Positions 1 to 13,000 of a DNA stretch of 64,000 nucleotides are shown here, piece after piece. Numbering within the stretch: position 1 is the stretch's first letter; each line of letters starts with the position of its first letter. Source of the stretch: Scyliorhinus canicula (lineage: Eukaryota); assembly GCF_902713615.1 (NCBI RefSeq), contig NC_052149.1, positions 152,807,383-152,871,382 on the forward strand, given 5' to 3'. The notes under the pieces were generated by a model that was given only the letters and a program-made list of their open reading frames with translations, was not told the origin of the DNA and searched no databases. Both the position numbers and the translations under genes were made by a program.

Positions 1-146
1 GGACTGTGGGAGGAAACCGGAGCAAACCCACGCACACACGGGGAGGACGTGCAGACTCCGCACAGACAGTGACCCAGCCGGGAACCGAACCTGGGACCCT
101 GGAGCTGTGAAGCATTTATGCTAACCACCATGCTACCGTGCTGCCC
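1..146 (-). mobile_element. tRNA-derived HE1-like SINE (5' part, cut by window edge)
   Basis: Reverse complement reads GGGCAGCACGGTAGCATGGTGGTTAGCAT...GGTTCGGTTCC, an A/B-box head shared with other copies in the window. Confidence 0.85.
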
Positions 147-564
147 CCAATATATATTGTTAACTGACAACCCATTAGAAACTAAACCAACAAGCAATTT
201 GATTTACAAGCATAACAAAGAAATGTTTTCCCTAACTACACTCAGAATCATAGAATCATACAGCCCACAGTGTGTCCGCTCTGCTCCCTCCCCCATACAA
301 CTGAAAATTCTTTGTTTCAATTGTACACCCTTTTGCCAGTTATTTTTGAACGTAAATCCATCACCCTTTCAAACATTGCATTCCAGATCATAACCACTCA
401 TTGCACAAAATAAAATTCTCCTCGTGCTCCCAAATATCTTGAACCACTGGTTTCTGACCCTCCAGCCAGTGGAAATAGTATCTTACGCTCTGCTCTATCA
501 AAATCCTCAATAAAGATGAATTTGTCTCTCTCTAAGTGCCAAAGAGAAAAAAAGACTAGCATTG

Positions 565-965
565 AAACAGCACCTTTCATCTCAACGTGCTTTACAGTAA
601 CTTAAGTACTTTTGAAAGTAGCCACTTGTAATGTAGAAAATATGGCAACCACTGCACCTAAACAAACAGCAAGGGGATAATCTGCTATTTTTGTGATGTT
701 TATTAAGGGGTAAATATTGACCATGGAGCAAGGGATAACCCCCCAGTTCTTCTTCAAAATGATGCCATGGAATCTTATATGTCAACCTGGGGGCGGAGGT
801 AGGGCCTTGGTTTAACATCTCATCTGAAAGGTGACCCTTCTGACAGTGTAGCACTCCTCAATATTGCACTGGAGTGTCAACATAGATTTCAGTGCTCAAG
901 TTCTGGGGCAAGACCATTATTCTGACACAGTATTCTGACTCAGAGGCAAGCGTGCTAACAACTAA
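565..965 (-). mobile_element. Old Deu-domain (SacSINE1/AmnSINE-like) SINE
   Basis: GCACTCCTCAATATTGCACTGGAGTGTCAACATAGATT and TTCTGACTCAGAGGCAAGCGTGCTAAC resemble the recalled consensus of this family. Not aligned. Confidence 0.6.
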
Positions 966-1043
966 GTGATGACTGACACAGTTCCCCAGCTACTGATGCC
1001 AACAGTGAAGGATCCAAGGATCTGTATTTCAAGTGGATGTGAA

Positions 1044-1078
1044 CTAATATCTGGACGATTCAGGGTGACAGTCATGAT
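1044..1078 (-). CDS. Probable terminal coding exon (DHDCHPESSRY*)
   Basis: Acceptor TTGTACTTTCAG in unique sequence, phase compatible with the TM exon, TAG at 1046-1044, AATAAA on the minus strand at 704-699. No transcript support, and other small tail exons cannot be excluded. Confidence 0.5.
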
Positions 1079-4000
1079 CTGAAAGTACAATTCTTGTCCA
1101 TGTTAACAGGTTTGTTCCGATGGATTCTGGTCTGATATTCAGGCTCAAAGTCCCCCTGAAATTAGAGCATAAGTTAAGAAGATAAGAAAGAGGAGCATGT
1201 GTCGGCCATATGGCCCTGGAACATTCAATAAGATTGTGGCCGATCTGATCTTGGCCTCAACTCCTCTTTCCAGTCTGTTCCCATGTAGTTCAACAATCTG
1301 TCTATCTCCGTCTGGAATACCAGTCTCCACGACTTTCTAAGGTAGATAATTTGAGAGTTTCACGACCCTCAGAGAAAAGAAACTCCTCCTCATCTCATCT
1401 TAAATGGGAAATCCCTGATTCTGAAACTATGCCTCATGGTTCTGGACTCCCCATCCCCATGAGGGGAAATATCCTCACAGCATCTAACCTGTCATCCTTC
1501 CCCCCCCCCCCCCCCCCCACCAAGAATCCCATATGCTTTAATAAGATCACCTCTCATTCTGCTAAACTCCAATGAATATAGGTCCTGCCTACTCACCCTT
1601 TCCTCGTAAGACAATCCTTTCATCCCAGGAATCAACCTTTTTTGAACTGCCTCCAATAAACCCCCCATTTAACGGGAGACCAAAACTGGGTGCAGTACTG
1701 AAAATGTGGTTACACCAATGTCCTGTATCCATCCCCTTTGCAATAAAGGACGGTATTCCATTTGCTTTGCTAATTACTTGCTGTATCTGCATGCTAACCG
1801 TTTGTGATTCATATACAGAGATACCCAGATCCCTCTGTACTGCAGCATTCTGCAATCTCTTACTATTTCTATAATATGCTGCTTTTCTATTCTTCCTGCC
1901 AGGACAACCTCATATTTTCTCACATTATATTCCATCTGCCAAATTTGTGTCCATTCACTTAACCTTGCCTTTGTAGACTCTTTGGCCGGGATTCTCCGAC
2001 ACCCTGCCGGGCCGGAGAAGGGCATGAATCCCACCCCAACGCCGGCTGCTCTATTCTCCGGCGCTGTTTTCGGGCAGCGGCGGGGTTCCCATCCTGCCAG
2101 TCAGGAGCCGTTGAAAGCAGCCCCCCCCAACCCGGCGATTCTCCAGGCCTCGATGGGCTGAGTGGCCATCCAGTTTTGGCCAGTTCCGCCGGCATGAATT
2201 ACTTACCTCATGCACGGCGGGACCTGGCAAATGAGTGTGCGGGGGCAGTCCTCGGCGGTGGGGCACAGGGGGTTCCGACCCCGGAGGGGGCCCCATGATG
2301 GCCTGGCCCGCGATCGGGGCCTACCCATCTGCAGACGGGCTGGTTCCTTGAGGGCACTTCTTTCCTCCGCGCCGGGCTCCTGTAGGGTTCCGCCATATTG
2401 CCCGGGGGCTGGCGCGGAGAAGAGAACCTCCGCGCGTGCACGGAAATACGCCAGCCGGTCTGCACTTTCGCGAGATCACGCCATCCGTTCCGCGCATGTG
2501 CGAGATCACGCCGGCCATTCCGCACATGGGGGAACGGCGCCAACCCCTCCGGCGTCCACCTATTCCCTGAAAAACGTGGAGAATTCCTCACTTTCGGGGG
2601 CTGCTAACACCTGAGTGGTTGGCGCCGGTTTTCCCACTGGTGTGGGGACTTAGTCCCCAGGAGGGGGAATCCCGCCCTTTGTATCCTCTTCACAACTTGC
2701 TTTCCTCACTCCCATCAGTAAACTTTGGGACACTACATTTAGTCCCTTTATCCATCTCAGTTATATACATTGTAAATAGTTGAGCCATAAGCACTAATTC
2801 CTGTGCCATTCAACTTGTTAGTTTGCTCATCTTAAAATGACCCATTTGCCCCAACTCTGTTTTCTGTTCGTTAACCAATCCATTTTTGTGCTAATATATT
2901 ATTCTCAATATCTCACCTTGTTCAGTGACCTTTTATGCGGTACCTTACTGAATGCCTTTTGGAAATCCAATTACTCCCCACTGGTTCCCTTTATTCACCC
3001 TGCTTGTTTCATGCTCAAAGAAATCTAACAAATTTGTCTAAAACCATTTCCCTTTCATAATTCATAAAATATATCGACTCTGCTTGATTGTATTAGGATT
3101 TTCTAAATGTCCTCCAACATGGTTGGCAGGGTGGCACAGTGGTTAGCACTGCTGCCTCACAGCACCAGGAGCCCAGGCTCGATTCTGGCCTTGGGTGACT
3201 GTCTGTGTGGGGTTTGCCCTTTCTCCCTGTATCTGTGTGGGTTTCCTCCGGGTGCTCCAGTCCTCCCACAGTCCAAAATGTGGGTTAGGTAGATTGGCCA
3301 TGCTAAATTGCCTCCAAGTGTCCAAAGGTGTGCAGGTTAGGTGTATTATGGGGTTGAAAGGCGGGCAAGTGGGCCTAGGTTGGGTGCTCTTTCAAAGGGT
3401 CGGTGCAGGCTTGACAGGCTAAATGGCCTCCTTCTGCACTGTAGGAATTCTATGGATATTTCCTCAATAATGGATTCCAGCATCTTTCCCAATGACAATG
3501 ATAGACAAACAGACTTAAAGTTACAGGCTTTCTGTCTCCCTCCCATTGAGATAATTTCAAAAGAGAGAGTTTTGGAAGAATACGACCAATGCCTCCTCTA
3601 TCAATGCAGCCACTTCTTTTAAGACTCTGGGTTAAGGCCTCCATAATTTTGTCTCGTACTCTATTTTTCCTTATAATGAATTGTCCTCAGTTCCTCTCTC
3701 ACTCTTGCCTTTCCTTTGGCCCTCCAGAATTGGGAGCCCATGCGCCATTCTTTACTCGATAGCGAGCAGGTTCTCTGGCCATTCCTTGGATAATCATGTC
3801 AGCTGACTATTCTGACACCATGGGATGCCAGGGCCCAGATTTGATACCGATGTTGGGTTCCTGACCCCATGTAGTCCATGGAATTATAATTCCTTCTGTC
3901 TCATTCTGTGGATGTTGTTTCAATAATTCATCCTGGCATAACTCTAGATTATCTTTTTTAAACAGTCATCAGCCAGACCACTGATGGTGAAATTAAGCTT

Positions 4001-7000
4001 CACGAGTTGTACAAAGCCCAACCCATTTTCCGTCCAATAATTTACATGGAAAGAGGTTTTGTTGGGGATACTTCATTCTCCCCTTCTGATGTTCCACTTT
4101 GTATTTAGCCTGAGTGAGCTTTAACATTCAGGTGGTAAAGAGAAAAGATTCTCCACCAATGAGTATTATTTATTGACAAGATCAAAGATAAATATGTAGA
4201 ATATAACACATGGACGGCACAGTGGCAAGCACTGCTGCCTCACAGCACCAGGGACCCGGGTTAGAATCCGGCCTTGTTTGGTTAGACTCAGTTTGCACGT
4301 TCTTCCTGTGTCTGTGTGAGTTTCCTCAGGGTGCTCCGGTTTCCTCCCACAATCACAAACATGTGAAGGTTAGGTGGATTGGCCATGCTAAATTGCCCCT
4401 TAATGTTCAGGGATGTGCAGGTTAGGTTACGGAATTATGACGGGGTGGGCAGGGGCATGGACCTGATTGGCTATACTTTTGGAGGGTTGGTGCAGACTCG
4501 AAGGGCTAAATGGTCTCCTTCTGCATTGTAGCGATTATATTATTCTAGGTATACAAAATCTCTACACATCTATATTTTATCTTTATACATAATCTATATA
4601 CTATATATATATAATATATATGTACCATGTACAGAGAGCAAGAAGGTGGTGAAGCCAATCTTACCAGTCTCAGTGCGGAAGGAAGAAGTGGTTTTCTTGT
4701 AGACAATAACAGCAACAGTAATTAAAAGCAGGCATCCCACAATAGCAACAATCCACAGCAGAGCCACCATCCCTGGGCTATGGCTGGGCTTCACTGATGC
4801 TAATACAAGTAAAAGAGAAAATAAATCTTGAAGAAGGACAAGTGTTACAATATAATAAATAGTGCAATATTATAAAGGTAATCATAGTTATCATCTCATT
4901 TCATGACAGCATAATAACCAGTGCCTTATCAGATGCCATTCCGGTCATTAATGCCATAAAGCAAGGTGTATAATGGTTCCAGTTCCGTTTCCCATCTACC
5001 TTTCGGCCATGCAAGACTATACATTCAGTTCTGGGCATACGGCAGTCTCTTCAATCTGCAAAGGCCCAAGACACGTACAAAGATCACAGACCAGCTGCTA
5101 CGTGAACTCTTGTTTGTGGGTGACTGTACTGTCCTAGCTGCAGCACATCCAGGGCTCGGTGACCACCTTGCCCAAGCCTCAGAATGCCTTACAATAAGTC
5201 TGAATAAGACAGCGACCTTGTGCCAGCCTGCCTCTGGGCACAAACTCTCACACCCCATAGTCAACAATACAACCCTCAACCCAAGTCAGAAGCTTTGTTG
5301 TCCTGGAAGTATCCTCTCCGACCATGAAATCGCCCATCAGCTGGCAGTGAGCTCAGTATTCGGCAGGCCCACCAACAGGTTTTGGAGTGAACATGAACTT
5401 TGTCTCAAAAAGATCAAAGTCTACCAGGCATTGCTTCTTGCATCACTTCTATATGCCTGTGAGGCATGAGCAAGCAATGCAACTAGTTGCATTCCACCTT
5501 CTGCACGGTAAATTCTATAATTCTATTCTGTGATTCACTACTTAAGACCTATTTGCAACATAGGTGGCAGGACACAATACCTAACACTGAAGTTCTTGCA
5601 AAGTGCCGCAGAGCTATTATCAAAAGCATGCGCACAGGGCTCAGCTTTGCTGGGTCAGTCTTGTGGATCACATGAGGAACTAACACCTAACAGCCAGCTG
5701 AGGAACAGCCACCATAAGACGTCCCAAACTTAGATACTGTTCTAATCCCCACACGGACCTCGGAGAACCATCATTGATCTTCCCGTGAGACTCATGGAGT
5801 CCAAGCTTCCCAGATAGGGGGTGGAGACCACCCGCCTGGGATTTATTATGAACCAATATAAAAAGCCAGCCCAATGCAGGGCCCTGTTCTGGTTAGTTCT
5901 CCCAGCACAGATGGTACTGGGAGTGATATGCTGCCTTGGGCAGAAATTTATAAGTATCAAATAAACCCATGTCCATTAACCGCCGGCTTCCTCAAGTTAC
6001 TAAACTGGTGACAAGGAAAAAAGGAAACTCTGGACTCGCTTGTGGACCCACCTATCCACCGGAAGTTTGCTGTTCGACGCGTAACGTTGCAACAGTTTAA
6101 GATGCTGCTCTTCGGAAAGTTGGAAGCCTTTGATGCAGGCCTGGAAGACAGGAACCAGTATGCGGAGCGCATGAGGTATTTCTTCTAGGCGAAAGGGAAT
6201 TTTGGGAAAGACCGTCAGGAAGTTCCCCTCCTAGCCTGCAGGGCCCAGACATTTGGGATAGTAAAGAGTCTGACTTACCCAGCTGCACCTACTCCAAATC
6301 CTTTGATGAGATGGTCGTTTTGGTTTCGGCCTTCTGTAATTATGTAACTGTTTTTTTTATGACAGTGCGGTCTCCTGGCGAGTCAGTCACGGACGTCTTG
6401 ACCTGCCTGCGATGTCTGGCTGAACACTGCGAGTTCAGGCTGTCCCTCTCCGAGATGCTGAGGGACCGGCTAGTGTGTGGTATAAACAACATGGCAGAGG
6501 AAGTTGTTGGCAAAACCCACCCTGGATTTGAAATGGGCCATTGAACTTGCATTATCCCAAGAGCATGCGGAGAAAGGAGTGCAAGAGCAGCAGGGATCCA
6601 TAGACTATGGCATCCATAGTTCAGCCCTCCATTCCTTTCAAATTCCTTCGGCACACGGGACAGTGCCGGTCTGATCAGACTTCCTCCGAAGGTGCAACTC
6701 CAGAGGCAATTCCGCAGCAGTGTTAAACTCTGCTGCTGATTGGTGGGATATCTCCCAGAGGAGAGATGGCCGCATTGCCAACTGTGTGGTTGGAGACCTC
6801 ATGATTGTCAGGGCCATCAATTTAGGAGCAGAGAACACCATCCAAGACAGACGCCAAGTTCACCACAAACCAGGGCCTCGCATGTGGACACCCTGGATGA
6901 GGAAGACTTTAATGCAGCTGAACTGCACCACTGCTCCGAAATTAGCACCATTCTTAGTCACATTACAGGTCAATGGTCACTCGATAACAATGGAAATGGA

Positions 7001-10000
7001 CACGCCGTTGCCATCTCCATTGTGGATCTTCGTAAAGGGATCATGCCACTGACACTGCGTGATACCAAAGCAGGTTAGCAACCTACACTGGGGAGTCTTT
7101 GAAGATCGTGGGGACCACCATGACTCCAGTAAAGCACGGGCAACAGTCTGTCCGCCTTCCTTTGGTTGACGTGCAGGGACCGAGGCCATATCTTTTAGGG
7201 TGAGACTATTAAAAGTCCTCCATTTTGACTGACAACACGCCTTTCAGATGAGCACTGGAAATCTTTACGACGTAATGGGTAAATACCCCGAAATGTTCCA
7301 GGAGGGTCTGGGCAGGATCAAAGGGGCCAAAGTCCATATCTACATGGATCCTGATGCTTAGCCCCGATATTTCAGGTTGAATCCAGTCCCTTACACATTG
7401 CTGGCCAAGGTAGATGCTGATCTTCGGCATCAGCAGGATCTCGGGATCATACGCTCGATTCAGTTTGCGGAATGGACCAAGCCTATGGTGCCAATAATGA
7501 AGCCCGACAAAACGGTAACTGTCCGGCTCTGCAAAGATTTCAAGCTCACTGTGAACAGGGTTGTGTGTCGCGACCGGTACCTGATGCCCCAGGTAGAGGA
7601 TTTGTACGCCATTTGGCTGCCGGATGCTCCTTCACAAAGTTGGACATAAGCCATGCTTATTTGCAGATGGAGATAGACCAGGAGTGCAGGATGTTTGCAA
7701 CCATCAACCCTCATCGGAGATTGTTTGAGTACACCCACCTTCCATTCGGAGTTTCATTGGCACTGCCAATTTTCAGCAGGTGATAGAAAATATCTTGCAA
7801 GGCCTGTCAAAAGTGGCCAGCTATCTGGATGAATTGCTCATTACGGGATTCACTGAGAAGGAACATATGGACAACTTACAGGAAGTGCCCCAGTGGTTTT
7901 TGCATGTAGGCGCCTGGCTGAAGAGGAGCAAGTGTGTGTGTTCTGCGCTAGAACGGTGACCTATCTAGGTTACAGGGTGGACAGGGGTGGTCTACACTTG
8001 GTGGAAGATAAAGTTTGCACTATAAAAGGAACCCTGGCCCAAGGAACACCACTGAGCTCTGGGCGTTTTTAGGCCTGGTCAACTACTATGGGAAGCTCAT
8101 TGTCAACCTATCCACTCGGTTATCTCTGTTCCACATACTAAAGACCAGGAGTGGTGCTGGGGCGCTTCACAAGACAAAGCATTTGTTGTTGTTAAGAAGT
8201 GTCTGTCCATGCAAACTTTTACAAATATGATCCGGTTTGGCCTATAATCTTAACATGCAATGCTTCCCCCTACGGCAGTCATTGGTCCTGACCAGTGGGT
8301 GGGTCGCAGGTGGGTGTCGGGAGGCACGCGGGGCAATTGGTCGCGGCTTTCCCGATCGCGGAAAGAAGTGCCCAACGGCCGCGACCGACTATCAGACTGC
8401 ATGCCCCCTCAGCAGTGCACAGGCCCGGAGCCCAGCAAGGCAGAACACCTACTCCTGACATCAGTGCGCTGACCCAGAAGCAGATTCTTTTTAAAAATCG
8501 ATGGAGTCTTCTCTCCAAAAGCGGTGGCAGAGAGAAGGTCATGCGCACTGTACACTTGCATCACATGCTCTGGGAGCAAGAGTGATTCCTCCATTTTGTA
8601 GCTGCCAGCAGTGCTGGTGGGAACCACAAAGCCTCTGGTGAGTAACCCATGAAGAAGCTGAAACCATGAACAAAGCAGTATAAAGATTATTTCTTAAGGT
8701 ATCAGTTTATTAATTGTGCCAATGCAAATCAGGATGCAAAGCTCATGTGTGTTATATGCAGGGATGTACTGACAAATGAAAGATTAAAACCCTCAAAACT
8801 TCAAAGGCATTTGAAGATTAATCATGGCGAGTTCATGGACAAACCTCGATTTGTTTCAATGGATGTGGCAAGAACGTAATCATCAGTTGAAGTTCTTAGC
8901 AGAAATGTAACATTTAAAGATATAGCAAGTGAGATCGTGAGGACCGAGCAGGCTCACCTGTCATATTAAAGGTAAGTAGAAATGGTGGGTCATGAAGTTT
9001 GGGCTGGCGTGGGTCTCAAAGGTTGGCGAACATGGACCTGCGCTGTCAGAGACATTTTGTGATTGCCTAGTCTGCAGCACTGGCAGCGCAGAGACACAAA
9101 AGAGGCACTTGACTGAGCCTTCCCTGAACCTCCCAACAGGCACTGCAGATTTCCTTGTCCCAGTAGAGTGTTGAGTGTGAATCGCGCCACGCCGCCCCGA
9201 CGCTGGTCCGGCGATTCTACAGAGCACGGAGAATTGGCGCCATTGACGCCGCTGCAGTCGGCACACCGCCGGTTAGGGGCCGCTGTATGGGGCTGCTCCC
9301 GGTGATCCCTGGACCGGGATAGGCTGAGCACACACGCTGAAAAAGCCAAATCCTGCCGGCGCCGTCCACGCCTGCTCTCTCTCGGCGGGACCTCAGCGTG
9401 GATGCATCTGGGAGCGGCCTTGTTGGGGGGGGGGGGGGGGGGAGACACGACTGGGGGGGGGGGGGCATCCGCGGTGGCCTGGCCCACGATCGGGGTATAC
9501 CAATCGGCAGGCTGGCCTCTCGGGCTGTGGCCATTTTTGTTCCATGCCAGCCCCTCTAGCCCTACGCCATGTTGCGTCGGGGCCGGCGCGGAGAAGGGAG
9601 CCACCGCGCATGCGCGGCAATTGCATCGGCACATTGGCACCGGTGCCACTGCCCATGCGTGGACCCCGCGGCGCCCATCTAACGCTGGTCCTGGCAGCTG
9701 GAGCAGCGTGGGTCACTCCAGTGCCATGCTGGCCCCCTCTAAGGGTCAGAATTTCTGCTCCTGAGACGATGCTGACGTCCTCGAGAAACGCGACGGCGTT
9801 TACGACGGCGTCAACACTTAGCCTCAGGGTCAGAGAATCCCGCCCCATGAGTCCCAATAGTCCAGGTGCCCCAGCTAAGGTAGACGTCTGCCTCGGGATC
9901 GGAATTATCACATGGATGAACTAGAGGAAGAGACTGCAATGCAGTTAGATTGCCTGGTGGCACCTCGTGTAGCCCTATTCAGGTCGCAGTGTAGGTGAAT

Positions 10001-13000
10001 GGACACATGCTGTGCAAGGAATTGGATACTTGTGTGTCAGTGTCCATGGCGGCCCAGAGCACCTTCAACTGCTTACGACGGGGCATACAAACTTAGGCTT
10101 TGACAAACATGGCTGCTCATTTGGTCACGTACACAGGAGAGCAACCGTGGATCGTGGGGATTGACTCCCGTGTTCACGGCTCTCAGTCAGTTCAACCCTC
10201 CCTTATTGTGGTTCATGGGAGCGGCCCCAGCCTCTAGGGTGTGATTAGTTGCGCCACTTGCATTTGGACTGGAAGCTCATTCTGCAGGTCGGATCCGGTG
10301 GACTGTGCGAAATGCTCAGGAAGTTCCCGGACATTTTCCAGTCTGGTCTGGGACCCATTAAAGGAGCCAGCTGCACTATTTCTGGGCGCATCCAATTCCC
10401 TATGCCTTGGTGGAGAAGGTAGATGCCGAGCTCGACCGGTTAGAGAGTGTAGGCATTATTTTGCCCGTATGCTTCGCTGACTGGGCAGCACCAGCGGTTC
10501 CTGTTCTGAAACCGGATGGGACTGTCCGCCTCTGCGGGGATTACAAATTGACAGTCAATACTGCCTCCCAGCTCAACCGCTGCCCCATGCCTTGCACAGA
10601 GGACCTGTATGTCAAGTTGTTTGGTGGGTGCTGGTTTACTAAATTGGACATGGGCAATGCGTGTCTGCAGCTTGAACTACACCAGTCCTCTCACCAACAA
10701 GTTACAATTAGTGCATAACAGGGTCTCTACGAATATAACCAATTGTCTTGTGGGGTCTCCTCGGCCAGTGCGATATTTCAGTACATCGCAGAAAATATCC
10801 TGCGAGGTTTGCCGCGCCTCGCAATATAGTTGGACGATGTGCTGGTCACAGGGGCTACCGACCAGGAGCATTTGAGAAACCTGGAGGCGGTGCTGTGATG
10901 CTTTTCGGAATTTGGCGGGAAATTTGTCCCAAATTTTGTTGTCGAAATGGCTCCCAAAGAATCACGAGGCCTGAATTTGGGTGCGGCCCAGGAGGCAGCT
11001 TTCCAGCCTATCAAGAGACAGGTTGTCCTCAGGTGTGTTGACACACTGCGACTCGAGCAAGCTGGTAATCATCACATGTGATGCGTCACCTTATTGGACC
11101 CTATTGGCCCATCGGATGCCGGATGGTCGGGAAAAGCCGACCGCTTTTGCATCCCAGACGCTGACCGCTAGTGTACACAGATCAAGAAGGAGGGTTTGGC
11201 GGTGGCATTCAGCGTGGAAAGATTCGACCAGTATGTATACGGTCTCCATTTCTACATCATGATGGACCATAAGGCATTGCTCGGTCTTTTTCACGAGAAC
11301 AAAGCGATCTCGCCCATTGCATCAGCATGAATCCAGCGCTGGGCCCTGCTGCTGGCCGCATAGGAGTACTCCTTTGAGCATCGGCCTGGGACCCACATGG
11401 TGCACGCTGACCGAGACCTGCCCGCCCCACCCCCACCAGTTTCCCACTAGACTGCAAAGATCTCCTACCGGGTTCAGGTCAGCAGCCAGCTGCTAATCCA
11501 TGATCTGGAACATCTTCGGTTGCGAAAGCCACCCCACCCCTTTGTCCCTTTCCTGATGTGCGCCCCGTTTCAGATTGTCCGATTCCGCTGTCTAACAGAC
11601 TCGCTGTGACGCCCCGCCAATGTCTCGACACACAACCACAGGATACACTCTTCGGATTCTCAGATGGACACACAGCCTTCTGCGGCCCCTGTGCTGGATT
11701 CGGGTGTGCAGCTGCCTCCTGCTGCTGTCCTGCTGCGGCGCTCCTGTAGGAAGCGGCATTCCCCAGCGCGATATTCACCATCGGAACCAGTGCCTCAGGC
11801 ACCGGATATTCCATCTGAGTCGAATGGAGTCCATCGCCCTTCCTGTCCTTCTGTTTCTCCTCCTTGTCCACGGCCATCGCAGGGTCCAATAACCTATCCC
11901 TGTGCAGAACGTACGGGGCCGGGACAATGGTATTCCCAGAGTCCCATGCTAAGGAGCAGGACAGCTTAATCTCTTCCTGTATAAAGCCGGCCATCCACTC
12001 GCCCAATTGGGTATCGCCGGGAGCCGTATACCTGATGCTTGGGAAATAAATCTTTCGTCTTTTGCTCAACTTGGTATGGACTCCATTTTGTGGGCACAAA
12101 ATCCCCCATTTAAGATAGAGAGGAGGAGGATTTCTTTCTCTCAGGGGGTCGTTCGTCTTTGGAATTCTCTTCCCCAGAGAGCAGTGGAGGCAGGGTCATT
12201 GAATATTCTTAAAGGCTAAGTTAGAACAAATTTGGATTGATAAAGGAGTCAACGGTTATAGGGTGAGGGGTAGACAAGAAAGGAGAGTTGAGACCACAAT
12301 CAGATCAGCCATGATGTAATCAAGTAGCAGAGCAGGCTCGAGGGGCCGAATGGCCTACTCTTGCTCCTACTTTGTATGTTTGTATGTTCACAGCCCAACA
12401 ATATCACACCAACACCACACACACACAAAATCCCCCCTCCCACAGACGCACACCCAACCCAGGCTCTTAGACACACCCTCGCATATACACCCCTGACACA
12501 AACACCACACCCACACACACCATGCACATCAATACCCACACACATTCACCCCACCCATACACTCCCAAAGCACCTGCGCACGCAAACACACATATCCCTA
12601 CATCCTGTACACACACACCAACGAAGGTGGACCTTACCCAGCTCCTTACTGACTGCTCTCCGTATCGGCTGTCCCAGGGACACGTGTTTCACCTCACACC
12701 AGTAAGTGCAGTTACTTTCCCTCTCTGCTGTTGGGACAGTGAGCTGGCTCACAGTCCGGTAGGTGCTGTTACTGCCCAAAGCCACTGCAAACTGCATCAC
12801 TCCCGTATCCACTGGGCCATTCTCATCTCTCCAAGTCACTGAAATATCAGCAGGGTAAAAGTCTGATACCAAACAACTCATTACAACTGTTAGTCCTGCA
12901 GAGGCTGCGTCAAGAGGGGGAGAGACCAGCTGGATGACAGGCTCCTGAATGTAACCATCTACAGCAGAGAGGAACAGATCATTAAATACGAGATTAAACA

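Noticed and set aside
3125-3200. tRNA-like sequences at SINE heads
   Set aside because: They have A/B boxes but continue into SINE bodies without a complete cloverleaf, so they are not tRNA genes.
4020-4111. Possible cytoplasmic exon after acceptor CACTCAG at 4111/4110
   Set aside because: In the required phase it gives an immediate stop, and the downstream sequence is decayed CR1.
12340-12630. CA/GT-rich low-complexity tract and its Thr/His/Pro or Cys/Val/Gly ORFs
   Set aside because: Degenerate (CA)n microsatellite next to exon 4; no coding signal.
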